Shown here: positions 1 through 13,788 of the stretch, in pieces
How the letters are laid out: every line of letters starts with the position of its first letter
Position numbering within the stretch: the first letter of the stretch is position 1
NCBI GenBank assembly: GCA_964304625.1
Contig: OZ199838.1
Location: forward strand, 10,187,741 to 10,251,740
Direction of reading: 5' to 3'
Length of the DNA stretch: 64,000 nucleotides
Source: Kudoa neothunni
Taxonomy: Eukaryota; Animalia; Cnidaria
Made by a program: the position numbers and the translations under genes
Notes under the pieces: generated by a model
What the model saw: only the letters and a program-made list of their open reading frames with translations
Databases searched by the model: none
What the model was told of the DNA's origin: nothing

Positions 1-514
1 GTTTCCACAAATTAAAGTCAAGCATCGACTAGATTAATCGCATTTAACCTTTACATCATTGCTATAAAAAAACTTGTTTTTATTAATATCCTTTTGAGTA
101 TAAATGCAAACAAAGTATCAAATACAAGAGACTAAATTGCGAGTTACCGCAATAAAATGTTGCTATGTTCGCATGCGTCGTGACGGCCAGAGGGCACCTC
201 GAACCCAATTCTCATTTTAGTGCCCTCGAGCCGTCACCTGCTGTATTCCGAACAAACTACAATGTCGTAATTGATTAGCACCCGATGCTGTAATAGTCTT
301 TGAAAAGCTCCCCTTCATCTTAGTTCCTTAAAAACATGAAATCTTACATATATATTTTCGTACAATTTTAATACATTACTTGCTTTTGGGATTCCTTCAA
401 ACTCATAGGTTGGAATGAAGATAGTAACGAAAGATTGCGCATAATTATTTGATTAAAAGTATATGGGTTTAAATAGTTACAATCTATGAAAAATAATTTC
501 TGTAGATTTGACAT
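1..514 (-). CDS. Multi-exon gene of unknown function, runs off the left edge; head-to-head with GPN1
   Basis: GT-AG splicing gives an open frame: 514-380 (MSNLQKLFFIDCNYL...SQKQ), 318-238 (MKGSFSKT...FGIQQ), microexon 162-148 (QHFIA), 90-49 (DINKNKFFYSNDVK). No family recognised. The acceptor of the first intron is ambiguous. Confidence 0.55.
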
Positions 515-556
515 AAAAATCATAAAATGCAAACACGATTTTAGTATATTTTGGCA

Positions 557-572
557 TTTGCGCGTGCGCAAA
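557..572. promoter_or_regulatory. NRF1/EWG-like palindrome TTTGCGCGTGCGCAAA in a bidirectional promoter
   Basis: The reverse complement core TGCGCACGCGCA matches the consensus YGCGCAYGCGCR. It lies between divergent ATGs at 514(-) and 607(+). Confidence 0.55.
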
Positions 573-606
573 GGAAAACGCCCTTGTGTCGTTTCTTGTT
601 TGAATA

Positions 607-3600
607 ATGTCACATATAGATACTATTGATGTGAATGAGAATGAACAAAATTTTATAAATCAGCAATTAAATGATTTAAACATATCGTCGAATAAGCTCG
701 AAAAAAAGACGGAAATCCCCTCGAATTTCACTGTTGATGGTAATATCTAGTGATATCTGCATAAATAACTTTGTTGGATTTATAAGACATTATGATTTTT
801 CTTTAGAAAAAAACGATTCGGTATGTTTGATAGTCATAGGAATGGCAGGCTCTGGAAAAACGACATTTATTCAAGTACCTTGAAGAATTTGAGTAAATAT
901 TTATTATGAATGGGGGTTTAATTTTAGAGACTTGTGTCGGAATTGCATGCTCAAAACAATAAACCCTACGTTGTGAATCTCGACCCGGCCGTCTACAAAG
1001 TTCCTTATCCTGTGAATATTGATATAAGAGAAAGTGTTCGATTCAAGCAAGTTATGCAAAAGTATAAATTAGGGCCGAATGGTGCCATTGTTACATGTTT
1101 AAATTTGTTTGCTACAAAATTCGACCAAATTTACGATATCTTGGACTCAAGAAAGACTCAACACAAGTAAATTGATAAGCTAGCGCGAAAAATAATATTC
1201 ACCTTCTTAACACATAAATAAATAAATCAGTTTTGGCTGAAAAATGATTTAAAACTAAACTAATCTTCGTTATTATCGTACTAACTAATTTGATTACGCA
1301 GCTGCACTCATGTGTAGAAATTATTTTTAATATTAAAACTCCACCTTCGATCTTATAAATTTAATTAATGAAATTTATGATTTTTTATACCACGCATCTA
1401 TAAAATTTAAGAGATAAGTCTAGCTCTGCGTGAGTTATGTTCGGAAAAACGCTTTAAATCATGGGGGTTTCAATTATTATGCAATGTTTTGAGCCCGCGT
1501 CATGAAATAATTCTTTACAATATTTATGTTACATGGTTATCGAAAAGGACGTTATTGAATCGTATTTTTGCATTACTCATAGAACTGGTTTCATTTTTAC
1601 GGGAGCGATAATTTCAGCTAGCGAATTATTTTTTTGATGAAAATTTTATTATTTTATTGGAATATATGATTGGTAAATTCAATACCTTCAATCGGCTTAA
1701 TCTATAGATACAAAGAGGTGGTGTTAATATAATCGAAACTAAAGAAAACATGATAGCTTTCCCTCAAAAATTAATTTTACTTAAACTTAATGTAGAAAAT
1801 GATAAATTCGTGAGTAATCATATTAAAGAACTATACAACATAAATCTGAGGAGATTAATGGGTTCACAGATGTTTTTTTATGAGACGAATTGAAACAATC
1901 AGTTGTTTTACATTTAGATGAGTTAAAAAATCGTCTGTTGAATATTTTTTCCAAAATTATCGTGTTTAAAATAAGAAAGTCATTATTGTTTTCCGTTCGC
2001 TTTAGTAGCAGATATAAATTTTATATACAGTCAGTGACCGGTTTTATGTACTTCGGTGCGCCCGCAATACAATGAAAATATTCAATTGTTTATTCAATAA
2101 CGTTATTAGAATGCGAAAATTGGGGATAGTATAGTGTTTAATCATTTTTTAAATGGAAGTAATCAGTTATTTTTGATTGAGTAAGGTTTCTTGAAATTAT
2201 GTTGATCGTATCTTCTAACGAAGCTAAGATGGCTGATCGATCATCTTTATGGAATTTGTAGAATATTTTTAACTCCTTCAAATAAACAAAGCGTTCTGAC
2301 ATGATATTGGATTTCTTTCCAAAATATCAATTTTTTCACAATTCGCTTCATCACTATAATCATCGCTCTCTACATAAAGTTAATATATATAAACTCGAAA
2401 ATTTATCACCTAAAGCTGAAGACTCATCGAATTTTTCAGAATATAGGGTCTGGACCATATTGATATTCTCTATTGAAGCTTCGTCGGCAATCATATCCTC
2501 AATTTCTTCTTGTAATATATGTGAATGAGTTGTGTCACATATTTCAATAAACTCTTTGTCGGGTAATATCAAAATGCTGTTAGCTTTGACAGGGGCCCTT
2601 TGCCGAGATGAAAACCCAGCTTTTTGAAAGCAATGTATGATGGTGGATACGCTTACACATTCCCACGCTTGTTTAATCAACATCATCGCATCTAAAATGG
2701 TTGGCGGAGTTGGTTCTAATCCCACCTCAATACATGGAATATATTTTTTAATCATTTTCCTCTTAAATGCACATTGAATGAGTGAATAATCCCTTGATCA
2801 AGGGGCTGCAATAAACTAGTGGTATTTTTGGGTAAAAATATCAGCTTTATGTTACTGAATAGTTTTTTTTGGTGAGAGGTTGCATTATCTAAAAAAATTA
2901 GAACATTATTATTTTTTGTGAAAATAGAATTGATTTTAGTTAGATATCTTAGGAAGATTTCACTAGTCATCCAAGACTTCTTGTTGGATTCATATAAAAC
3001 TGGAAGGCTATTTATATTTTTAAAGCATCTGGGCTTTCGACTAGGTCCAATAACCAAAGGTTCAAGTTTTTCTCCGCTTAGCGAAGCACCGAACAAAACA
3101 GTCATTCGTTTTTTAGACTTTCTTGTTCCCTTTGTATGACTTTCTATGGAGCTTACATAACTTTTACCTATAAAAATATGCAAGTATGACAAATGAAAAA
3201 ATATACCTCATTGTTGCTGATAAAACAACGCGGTTTCATCTATATTATAGATACAATCATCACTATATCCTTCACATAAGTTTTTAAATTGAGAAAGCCA
3301 TTCAGAACTTGTACATGGGTCAATGTCAGCCGCTTCGCCATGGAAATTTATTTTTTTGAGATTAAATCTCGATTTAAAACATCGAAACCAACCGTATGTT
3401 GCATTTGATGGTAAATTCTTTTCTCTGGCAATTTCGTTTCTCTTATCAATGATGTCGGTGGCAGTTAATTCAATTTTCTTTGATCGCACCCAGCATATCC
3501 AATTATAGACACATTCATCGAGGGAAATATTGGTGCCACCATTTAGATTTTTCCTATTTCTACAAACCAATCCCCCTCAAACATGTCTATAATTTTCTCT

Positions 3601-6593
3601 TCATTTTTTAAAATACCATTAAGAGTGGATATTGTTGATATATTAAAATGTTTTATAGTAGCAACCTTCGCACCTCTTAAGGTGATTCCATGAAAATATT
3701 TAATAATTTTATATTTCTCTTCAATTGTTCTATTCTTAGATTTATTTTTATTAGCCATTTACGTCACTTTTATGAAAACTATAAACCAATTTGGTCAGAA
3801 AAGATGCGTAAAATCGGTCACTGACTGTATTTAGATGAAACAATTAATCTTTAGAAAAAATTCGACGACAATTATTCAACATATTAACATTATCAACTTT
3901 TTGGTGTAGAAATATCATGAACCTTTCGTTGATTGCAAAAATAACCCCTAATCTAATCTCCTGAGTTGTGTCAAATATATCTATACGAACAATTATTTTC
4001 GATCTTAATCGATATTAAAACGAAATAGACATGATTGTGACAGCGATATGAGAGTAGCGTTAGCCAAAAATGAGTCTGAAATTTCAAAAGTAATGAATAA
4101 AAAGCAGAAAATTTTGCGATGCTACATTCTTAATTTAACATTTGTTTGAATAATATTTATACGTATTTTGCACTTGATATCGGACGCAGAAGATGCTTAA
4201 CATTGGTTTTCTCATCTAAGTATAAAATTTAAATTTTAACTCTCCATTGAATGAATATTATATATAAATTAAATATTTGTATTTTCAAAGGTGACAAAAA
4301 AAAATTTAATTAAAAACTACCATAAATGATTTCAATTCTGAATTTATATATAGAAAATATATCTTTAATGATTTTTTGGATATAAATTGTTGAGACACTC
4401 ACTGGGCAATTTATAATTGTTGAACTCTTCATCATTTTGGTCGTTTTATAAAGCAATCATTTTTGATTCAATTATTGAATAAACAATATAACTAACTGAT
4501 TCTATCTAATAGAGTACGATGCTATTGTTCTATAAGTTTATTTTTTCGTTAAGTATCTATTTAATATTTTCATTTTAAATCGATTGGGGTATTGTTTAAA
4601 TTTGAAACCAATAAAAAGTGTGCCAAATTTTTAGGATATATGTAAATATAAAGTTCCATACGTACACTCGCTGATACACACATCAATAATTCGTTTAAAT
4701 AAATGTATAAAAGTTTATTATGTTTTAATTAGAATAATAATTATTATGTGTGAAAATGTATTTTTACTTTGAGCGATAAATCTTGAAATTTATTATCAGA
4801 ACAAGGAGAGGTTCGATGAAGAATTCATAATGGCCCTAAGAGTTGGGCGAGGTCGAAATTGTTGAGAATCACTATTTAATATGCCAGGGGTGGCGATACT
4901 TGCTTAAAATGGAAGTCGCATTTAATGAACTCTAAATTTTTTGGAGCCACCAGGAATAAAAACTATATTTTGGAGTTTGTTATTATATTTATACTTTGTC
5001 TAAAGTTTTAATTAATTTTAAATTCCAGCATTCTTATTCATGATAACTGCATGGTCCTATAACTATCAAAGTATCCAAATAACATTATGAGCAAAATTTA
5101 ATGAAATAATAAGCCATATTTAAATTTTTCAAGAGCCGCAGTTTGGACACCCCTGTTATATGCCGTATACGCATGCACAACCTTCATTTCCAATCATCGT
5201 AACTCTCATTTATAGACTATAGATTAAGTTTATTTTCAAAAGTCTGTTGTAATTAATTATTTCTTCGTGATTATTCTTTTCGGGCTATAAGTGATTAACT
5301 ACAGTTGATATTACACTCTAGGGATTAAATTTGCACGTGTCTATTTGAAAATATTCAAATTTATGTTATTTTCCCCAAGAAAATTGTTTAATAATGTAAA
5401 AACTCTTTTAACGTATAATAACGAACCACTACATGGATAAATATTTGTGCTTTTATATTTGAAAGCATCTTTAGTTTTAAAGAAAAGAAAATAGATCTCA
5501 GAAAGGTCATTTTAATCATTAGAAAGGAATAATTGCGTAAATTAATTCATTTAATTGCATTGAAATAAATTAATGCTTAAAATTGACGTATTAGTATAAT
5601 ATGATAGGATGCAACTTCATGTTTGCAGTGAATGAGTATTTAATGTCATCTATAAATACCCCATTTCATTGTACATCACAATAAATCTCATTTCCATGTG
5701 TAATAAATGTTTGGTTATACTGAAAGGTAATAAATTATCGCTTTTCGTCAACTGCTAGTCATTTTGAGCAAAAAATTGTAACGATTATTGGATTAACGCG
5801 AACAAGATTAGAGTTTTACAAATGGATAGTCATCTTCTTGTAATAATATTTTCGATATTGATGAATATCACTTATACGTACATATGTTACCCCATTAGGA
5901 AACAATATTATGCGTTAAAATTTTACATCACTCCTGATATTGATTTATATTTGATTTGCACTATTTATTTAGACACATGATATTTGACACACCGGGACAG
6001 ATTGAAGTTTTTACGTGGTCTGCCAGCGGTTCTATTATCAGCGATTCGCTGGCTACATTAGCACCTACCGTGATGGTTTACGTGATTGACGCCGAGAAAT
6101 CAATGAGCCCTACCACCTTTATGTCAAATATGTTACATGCGTGTAGTGTGATGTACCGCTCCAAAATTCCTCTGGTTATTGTACTGAATAAGGTGATTAA
6201 CATGATAACGTGTATGCCTACAGTTCACCTAATTTTGTACACTCTGTGTGTGTATAGATTGATATTTCTGATTACAAAAAGATTGTTGGTTGGATGAGAG
6301 ATTTTGAATTGTTCGAACAGGCTATAGACAGCTACAATAATGAGGAAAATTCCCCCTATGTGATGAATTTAGTACGCTCGTTAAATTTAGTATTGGACGA
6401 GTTTTATTGCCAGCTCAATTGTGTTGGAGTGTCATCGATAACTGGCGAAGGGTTCAGTGAATTTATTCATAACACCATCCCGCATGCAGTTAAAGAATTC
6501 GATACAATTAAAAATACGAAATTATCTCAAAATCATGCTCACGACAAACACCAACAAAATTTAAACCCCTTAGAAAGTGGATTCCAAACCTAG
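607..6593 (+). CDS. GPN1: GPN-loop GTPase 1 (XAB1/Npa3), 5 exons, 331 aa
   Basis: Exons 607-739, 807-874, 928-1166, 5973-6192 and 6258-6593 total 996 nt in frame. Motifs: IGMAGSGKTTF P-loop, VNLDPAV, YKLGPNGAI (GPN loop), DTPGQIEVFTWSASG, TFMSNML, VLNKID, GVSSITGEG. Confidence 0.96.
2028..3827 (-). mobile_element. pogo/Tigger DNA transposon, degenerate, inside GPN1 intron 3
   Basis: TIRs CAGTCAGTGACCG(G/A)TTTTA of about 24 bp, flanked by TA on both sides. Fragmented transposase: psq and CENP-B HTH region (3758-3208) and DDE_1 motifs YNIDETALF, FLDNATSH, FLPKNTTSLLQPLDQGII. Carries frameshifts and stops. Confidence 0.93.
4885..5155. mobile_element. hAT (Charlie-like) MITE in GPN1 intron 3
   Basis: Ends CAGGGGTGGC... 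and ...GGACACCCCTG. The 8-bp TSD is TAATATGC / TTATATGC (7/8). Another hAT-like end, GTTGAGAATCACTA, sits just upstream at 4861-4874. Confidence 0.75.
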
Positions 6594-7739
6594 ATTTTAG
6601 TGTGATGTATTTCTGTACTCTGTACATTTCTATTGAGTATCATTAAGTCTTATCACATTTCAAGTTATTAGGATTATATAAAGTTACTTATTAGTATTAT
6701 TATGGTGTAAGATCATAATAATGGCTTATTCTGAGCGTAAAACATCATAGCTGTGAGTTATGTTTGATACGTCTGGAGTGAGGTGATGTGATGCATAGGC
6801 AAACAACACAAACTTTTTCATTTAACTGGTATTGGAATATCAGCGATTAGTTCTTTATATACTCATTCTAAACTTATTAATATGCTTTAGAGGAGTTAGT
6901 GTTAAGTAGTGTGAAACTGTTCATTTAAAGTGATCTTAAAGGCTTAGGTCATAATGCAAATAAAGTAGATTCTGTGTGTTGGTTAATTCCAAAGAAAAAA
7001 AACTAGTTGAATTAATTAAAATAATTAAAATTTGGTATTCTACCAACGTGAATCGTCCCGGAGTTCTTATGAGTTACCAGCCTAAAGAGGGCAGTCCCTA
7101 TCTCGCACGTATAATAGATGGTGTATTATGATGGCGATTATTTGAAGATAATTTACCTAACGAACATTGCACATAGATGTCAATTAACTGAATATTATTT
7201 AGGGCTCTCCATTTCAAATTGATATAAACTAACTGAGTTAACTATTTATTGGTAGAAACTGTTCTGTTAAACACACCATCATATTTCTCCAGTTGAATTT
7301 AGGTAATGTGTGCATGGAAAAATTCAATTATTCGATCCCATAACCTCGATCTCAATCGGCACAATACAATAATCTTTCAAAGGTTGTTTTAAATCTGAAT
7401 CTTAATATTGGTTTTTTTAAGAGTTACACCAAAAAATATTATAAATTTACCTTTTTTAGGCAGTTAAAAATTTGTTGATCCACGCTTATTGTCGTAGACC
7501 TCTATTAGCTTAATGATGGAACATGATTTTTACTTCTACGCTAACTCGTGTTTAATAAGATTTCTGTAATACGAATAAAATTTTTAGCTGTGACTAATCA
7601 CCTTTAACTTATTGTGATTTTTTACTAATACCCATCACCGTCTTCGAGTGAATATTATCACCAAAAAATATAATATATTTAAACTGTTTTGAAAAGCACA
7701 CGCTCACACTTCAAACTGTATATACTGTGATAGTACTTG

Positions 7740-8527
7740 ATGTGTAAGATGGAGCCGAACAATTCTAACTCAGATTTCTACGACGATTTTGAGTCTAAAA
7801 AAAGATTATATAACACTGAATATGACGTCGACCAAAATTTCAAACCAAATGATTCACGTTTTCAGTACGGTGACATAGAGTATAACTTCAAGAGTCTTCA
7901 TCTTCGAAAACCGCAACTTAGTCAGCATTCACTTAACTTGTCAACACCAACACTGTCTATGAGTTGTCCGGCAAGAGATATTTACTACGATTATCATTCT
8001 TGTTGTGAAGGTAGTAGCAACTGTGGAAGGAAAAATTTTACTGATTTTTCAATGGAGAGCATTCTTAAAACTCATCAAAGTTTTCAACATCATCGAACCA
8101 ATCCTACGACTCCAGTTAATTCACCCGGTAACGAATTCAGTTTTGAGTGTTTATTTTTTCTAACAGCCATTATAAAGGTAGATGTAGTAGTTTCAGCCAT
8201 ATTCCCAATAGATTTTTCACCTTGAAAAGAAATTCGCATTCAACTTCTGGTTGCAGTTCCATCAAACCCGTTCCATTCTACCATCGACAAGTTCCACGGT
8301 CACGCACTTTCTATGATCCCGATAAGTTGTCTTTACTCGAGACTGCCTTCAACGAAAACCCCTATGCACAAAAATCAACTAGAGCATATATTGCTGAAAC
8401 CTTGAATATCACGGAAAATCAAGTGAAAGTTTGGTTTCAGAACAGAAGAAGCAAACGCAAGCAAATCAAAAACGCCCAACCAACACAATCCAATAAAGAC
8501 GACGATAACACATTAAATGAAGAGTAA
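7740..8527 (+). CDS. Homeobox transcription factor with eh1 motif and Q50 homeodomain, probably ANTP/NKL class (Emx/Not/Vax-like)
   Basis: The upstream ORF has the eh1-like motif FSMESIL. The downstream ORF has the homeodomain RSRTFYDPDKLSLLETAFNENPY...LNITENQVKVWFQNRRSKRKQ. The two join through a short intron from donor 8128, but the acceptor and frame are unresolved. Confidence 0.85.
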
Positions 8528-8922
8528 TTAACTTAGTGGTGTTTTTATTCAATTTCTGTATCTACTTTAATGTTACTTTTAACTTTTTCATCCATCTGTT
8601 TTTTCTAATAATCCTACTTTCAAATGTTAACGATTTCAACTGACTGGCCAGTCCAACATTTAAAGGTAGCAGCGGGCGCCGAGTACGTCTTTTTGTACCC
8701 CTCAATCAAACGAATGTACAGCAGGGTTAAAAAACCCAAGGATGGACGGTCCAAAAGCCCACGCTTAAGTACAAAAACGTTAGTTTTAAGTACGACCAAA
8801 ACATAGAATCGTATCTATTAAAGTTTTTAATCTTCCGATCATATAATTGTTTTCAGTTATTAAATTTATATTTATCGTCTTATTAGAGCAATTTTTTGGC
8901 GCGAGCACTCACCCCTTCTTAA

Positions 8923-9805
8923 CTCTCTCCGGTACCGAGCTCAAAAAAATTCCGTGTGTGCCCATGGGGTATCCGAGGGACCCCAGGAGAAATCAGCTTA
9001 AACTATTTTTTTGATTTTAAGTAAATCAAAACATATTTATAAGATATTTTAACTCATCAACATTTCATATATATTGTTTATAATCGGCCATGAAACCAGA
9101 TCAATCGATTTGTATTCTACAATTTAAACATCAACCTACGCCAATATAAATCTTTCATAGAAATGTATGCCGATATTATATAGTTTCAGGTTCGGAAAAA
9201 GTCTAAATTCGAATTAACCTTCTAAGTTCATGGAGAAGGGAACTCGCAAACTTATCAACACGTTATCAGATATTCGGATGACAACGGCATACGAGATCAT
9301 CCTCAGTCTATGGCAGCGCCTTCATCCCAAAATCAAACTTCTACCCCATGTTATACATTAAACGTCCCTCAGACCCTAATACATGATTTAATTAAGTTTA
9401 AACATAATTACGTCGAAACTCTTAACTCTACAACAAAACAATATTCACCAGTCTATGATTTTTATGAATTAATCTTCGTTAATCCTTATCTCATAATTTA
9501 AATTTGAAAATATCTAGCCTAAATTACAATTATTGAGATATATTTGATTGAAATATTAAAAAAATATAAATCAATATTTTGCAGTTGCAAACATGATTTT
9601 TATGAACGAAACCATCCGACCAATAAAAAAGTTGAAGTCATATTTCTTTTTAAAGTTCAGTATAAATTAATATTTTTCCGCTAATGTGCTAAATTAATAG
9701 GAAAGAATTAACGAAATTTCAATCGAATAAATTTCGTCTATTAGAAATTAGGAATAAATTATTTTAGATGGGGTATCAAATATATCCCGCCTGGTACCGG
9801 AAAGG
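8923..9805. mobile_element. piggyBac-type non-autonomous element
   Basis: TTAA on both flanks (8919-8922 and 9806-9809). Imperfect TIRs CTCTCTCCGGTACC / GGTACCGGAAAGG. Confidence 0.7.
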
Positions 9806-10263
9806 TTAATGTCTATTATAGATCAATTTACTCGCAATTAACTCCTTCATAGTTCAAGATATATTTCGAAATAACGTTTAAAGTTCCTAATAATGCGCAA
9901 TAATGTTTTCTGAGTAATTATGTAATCATGTCACGTTCAATAAGCTAAAGTGCTCTCATTCAATATCGTAAATGTTTAAACACTGCATGATATAATCTAA
10001 ATAGGATACGTTATTTAAAATATAAATGTTATTACCACACATAAAAAAATTTGTATTTTATTATTCAATGTTTATAGGTTCTCAATAAAAACCCGAGACT
10101 TTGTAAAAAATGAAAAATCCCCAAGATGACCATAAAAATCCCAATCTCGAGGAAACCCCCAAGCCCTGGCAGCCGTGATTAGGTCTATTGCGCAATTTTT
10201 ACACAGAACTTACGTCAAAAAACAGTTAGAAAACTAATTTACAAACCATATAATTAATTGGAA

Positions 10264-11268
<1,005 letters not shown>

Positions 11269-11292
11269 ATCACACCAATATTTAACTAATTT

Positions 11293-11304
11293 TGCGCAAG
11301 CGCA
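11293..11304. promoter_or_regulatory. NRF1-like motif TGCGCAAGCGCA about 25 nt upstream of the NKAP ATG
   Basis: One mismatch to YGCGCAYGCGCR, in an otherwise very AT-rich region. Confidence 0.45.
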
Positions 11305-13788
11305 TAACACCTTAATGTGATTATTTTATTTTAAGCCGTTTATAAGTGATCGACGGCATATTTTATTTCGAATTTCCTTTTCTAAAGATGTAATTATATA
11401 AATAATTTATATATTTTTGAATGCTTCGAACTCGAATTTTTATGATTGTGTGGTTTTTAAAAAGTAGTGAAAAATTACAAATTTTACAAAATAAAAGTCC
11501 ATAATATCATTATTCTAATTCATTACTTAAAATAATTTATTATACCAAACAACGGACTTAAGAAACTTGATAAGATATAATAAACGCAATAATTTCTGTT
11601 TAGATCGAACTGTGATCAAATATAGTAAGTATTCGCATCTTTAGTCGTATACAAAAATAAATTCATATTTATCTAAAAAGAATTTATATCTCACATAAAG
11701 ATCATTTACATTATTAGAAATCAGATTTATCCAAGTATGACTTTTATTGTAGTATTTCATATTACATTTCACAACGTTTAGTTTCGAACTAACTGAGAAG
11801 ATGAACAAATAAAATAGTCGTTTTTCAAGATATAATATATTAAAATAAAAATCGCAACAAGTTACGATCGGGAAATTTTGAATTGTGTTAATCCTGTGAG
11901 ATTATTTTCAAAAAAGTGATTAATAGTCCCTTCAATATAAAATATTAAAATAAAAAGTTCAAAAATATTAACAATTTACCACATTTCCTAGCTCTTTCAT
12001 TCTTGTTGAATCACCATGGTGAACATTGCGCCCTTAAATAGCCAAATGGACAAATTCCGTCAAATTTTAAAAATGCGTATTCGCATTGCATTTGATTTAT
12101 GGAAATTGAAGGTGTTTAAATAGATTAAATAGTTGTGGGGATTTAAGGCGTTAATCAGATTGATGTCAACAGTTTTGGATCAGCAACACCTCCTGTTGCT
12201 GACGTATAAAAATATTCAACAGCAATCGTTATAAAACTCAAAAAATATCTAAGCTACGACAGTGCTTCTAAATCTTACCTTGGAACCCTATCGATAATAG
12301 GCTTGAAAGAATATAACTCATTCGAAATTAAATTGTTCTAAATTGATAGAAGATTTTAACAAAACCAAAGTATATAAAAGATGAGAATGTGACTACAATA
12401 TTCATCAAAACTATGTTTTCAAACAATATAAGCCAGAAAAACATTCCAGAAAAACATGTGAACGTATCTAATGTATGCCAAAGTTCCGAGACTCGAGAAC
12501 AGATTGGCAATCACTATTAAATATTAAACGTTCATCGTACGTCTTCTGCATATTGAAGTTTATTACATGAAAAGTTTAATATAAGGAGAAATTGACTATT
12601 TCCAAATTAAAGAAATATGATTTTTTCGCATCGGAGTTTTTTTAAATTACATCTACATTTTAAGTCTATTTTTTATTTCATTTAGTTCTTTCCGTATAAT
12701 TATTTTTTTAACTAATTTTAGGTTAACATTCTGAATACACCTAAAATGAATAGCTTTCGAGTAAACTTATTTGACTAGTTGCTTCGTAAAGTTTACTTTT
12801 GCAGAATTTATTGCTTTTAATTAAATAAGGCACTTCAGTTTATTTAAATACTTAGTTATCGAAATTAAAAAGTGAAATCTTTATTTATAAATAATATATT
12901 TAAATGATAACTCTTCGACAATGAATGAAGAAATTGAGCAAAATATCTTAAAACTAAAATTTCTACAAGGATTTTAAGAAGTTAAATCGTCTTAATAATT
13001 TTTAATATTTTAAAAAAATATTAATTAAAGTTTATATCATCTATTTCTTTAAAATAAAAACCATTTTATGTATTGAAATGTTTTCGTGGCATGTTAACTG
13101 AAAGAAAAATAATATCGACATAGGTTGTTTGATGGATATTTTATAATTTTCAATGTTTGTATGCTTTGTCCGACGTCTTACACCAAACAAATCTTTTGCT
13201 AGGCCATACAATCACACTAAGAGTATTGAGGATTAATCGTCGTCGGGTAAGAAACTTTTACTGATAAGCAAAATTCACGGGTTTCTGCTTTATTTTAAAG
13301 CTTAATTGATTTATAGGCTTAATCTTAAGAAAATTGTAAGTTTTATTTGAATAGTCACCTTGGAAAATTTAAAAGTTTTAAAATGGTCAGGTAGATCCAC
13401 ATAAATAGAACCAAAAATTAAATGGTATGCATAAGATTTGGCTAGGTTCGAGTGTTGTTGTTTTTTTTCAAAATCTCATTGTAAATTAAGTTTACCGTAT
13501 AATATTGTAGTTTAAAATAAAACGAAGTTTAAATAGTATTTTTGGTATTAGATTAAGATTATTACGGTTGTTACTAAAACAAACACAGATGCTAAACTAC
13601 CTTACGTCTTGATAAATTATCTGTTAGTTATTTCCGCAGTGAAACTTTAAATATTCTAAAAAAATATAAAATTATCCAATTGACAGATAACGAATATTAA
13701 ATGTTATTAATCGAATATTTAGTCTAGTTATTAATGACGGTTACTGATCACGATATTCAATCTGTTATTATATCTCCTATTCGTGAGT

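Noticed and set aside
180-237. The hairpin as a SECIS, a tRNA, or a UGA-readthrough signal (it contains GUGA, an A-run and GGUUCGA)
   Set aside because: The UGA is Watson-Crick paired with no GA/GA quartet, no cloverleaf can be drawn, and a simple GT-AG intron model explains the reading frame.
2301-3508. Plus-strand ORFs at 2301, 2918 and 3323
   Set aside because: Antisense shadows of the Tigger transposase.
8624-9501. ORFs 8624-8806 and 9310-9501
   Set aside because: They lie in repeat or MITE-like DNA and show no motifs or exon structure.
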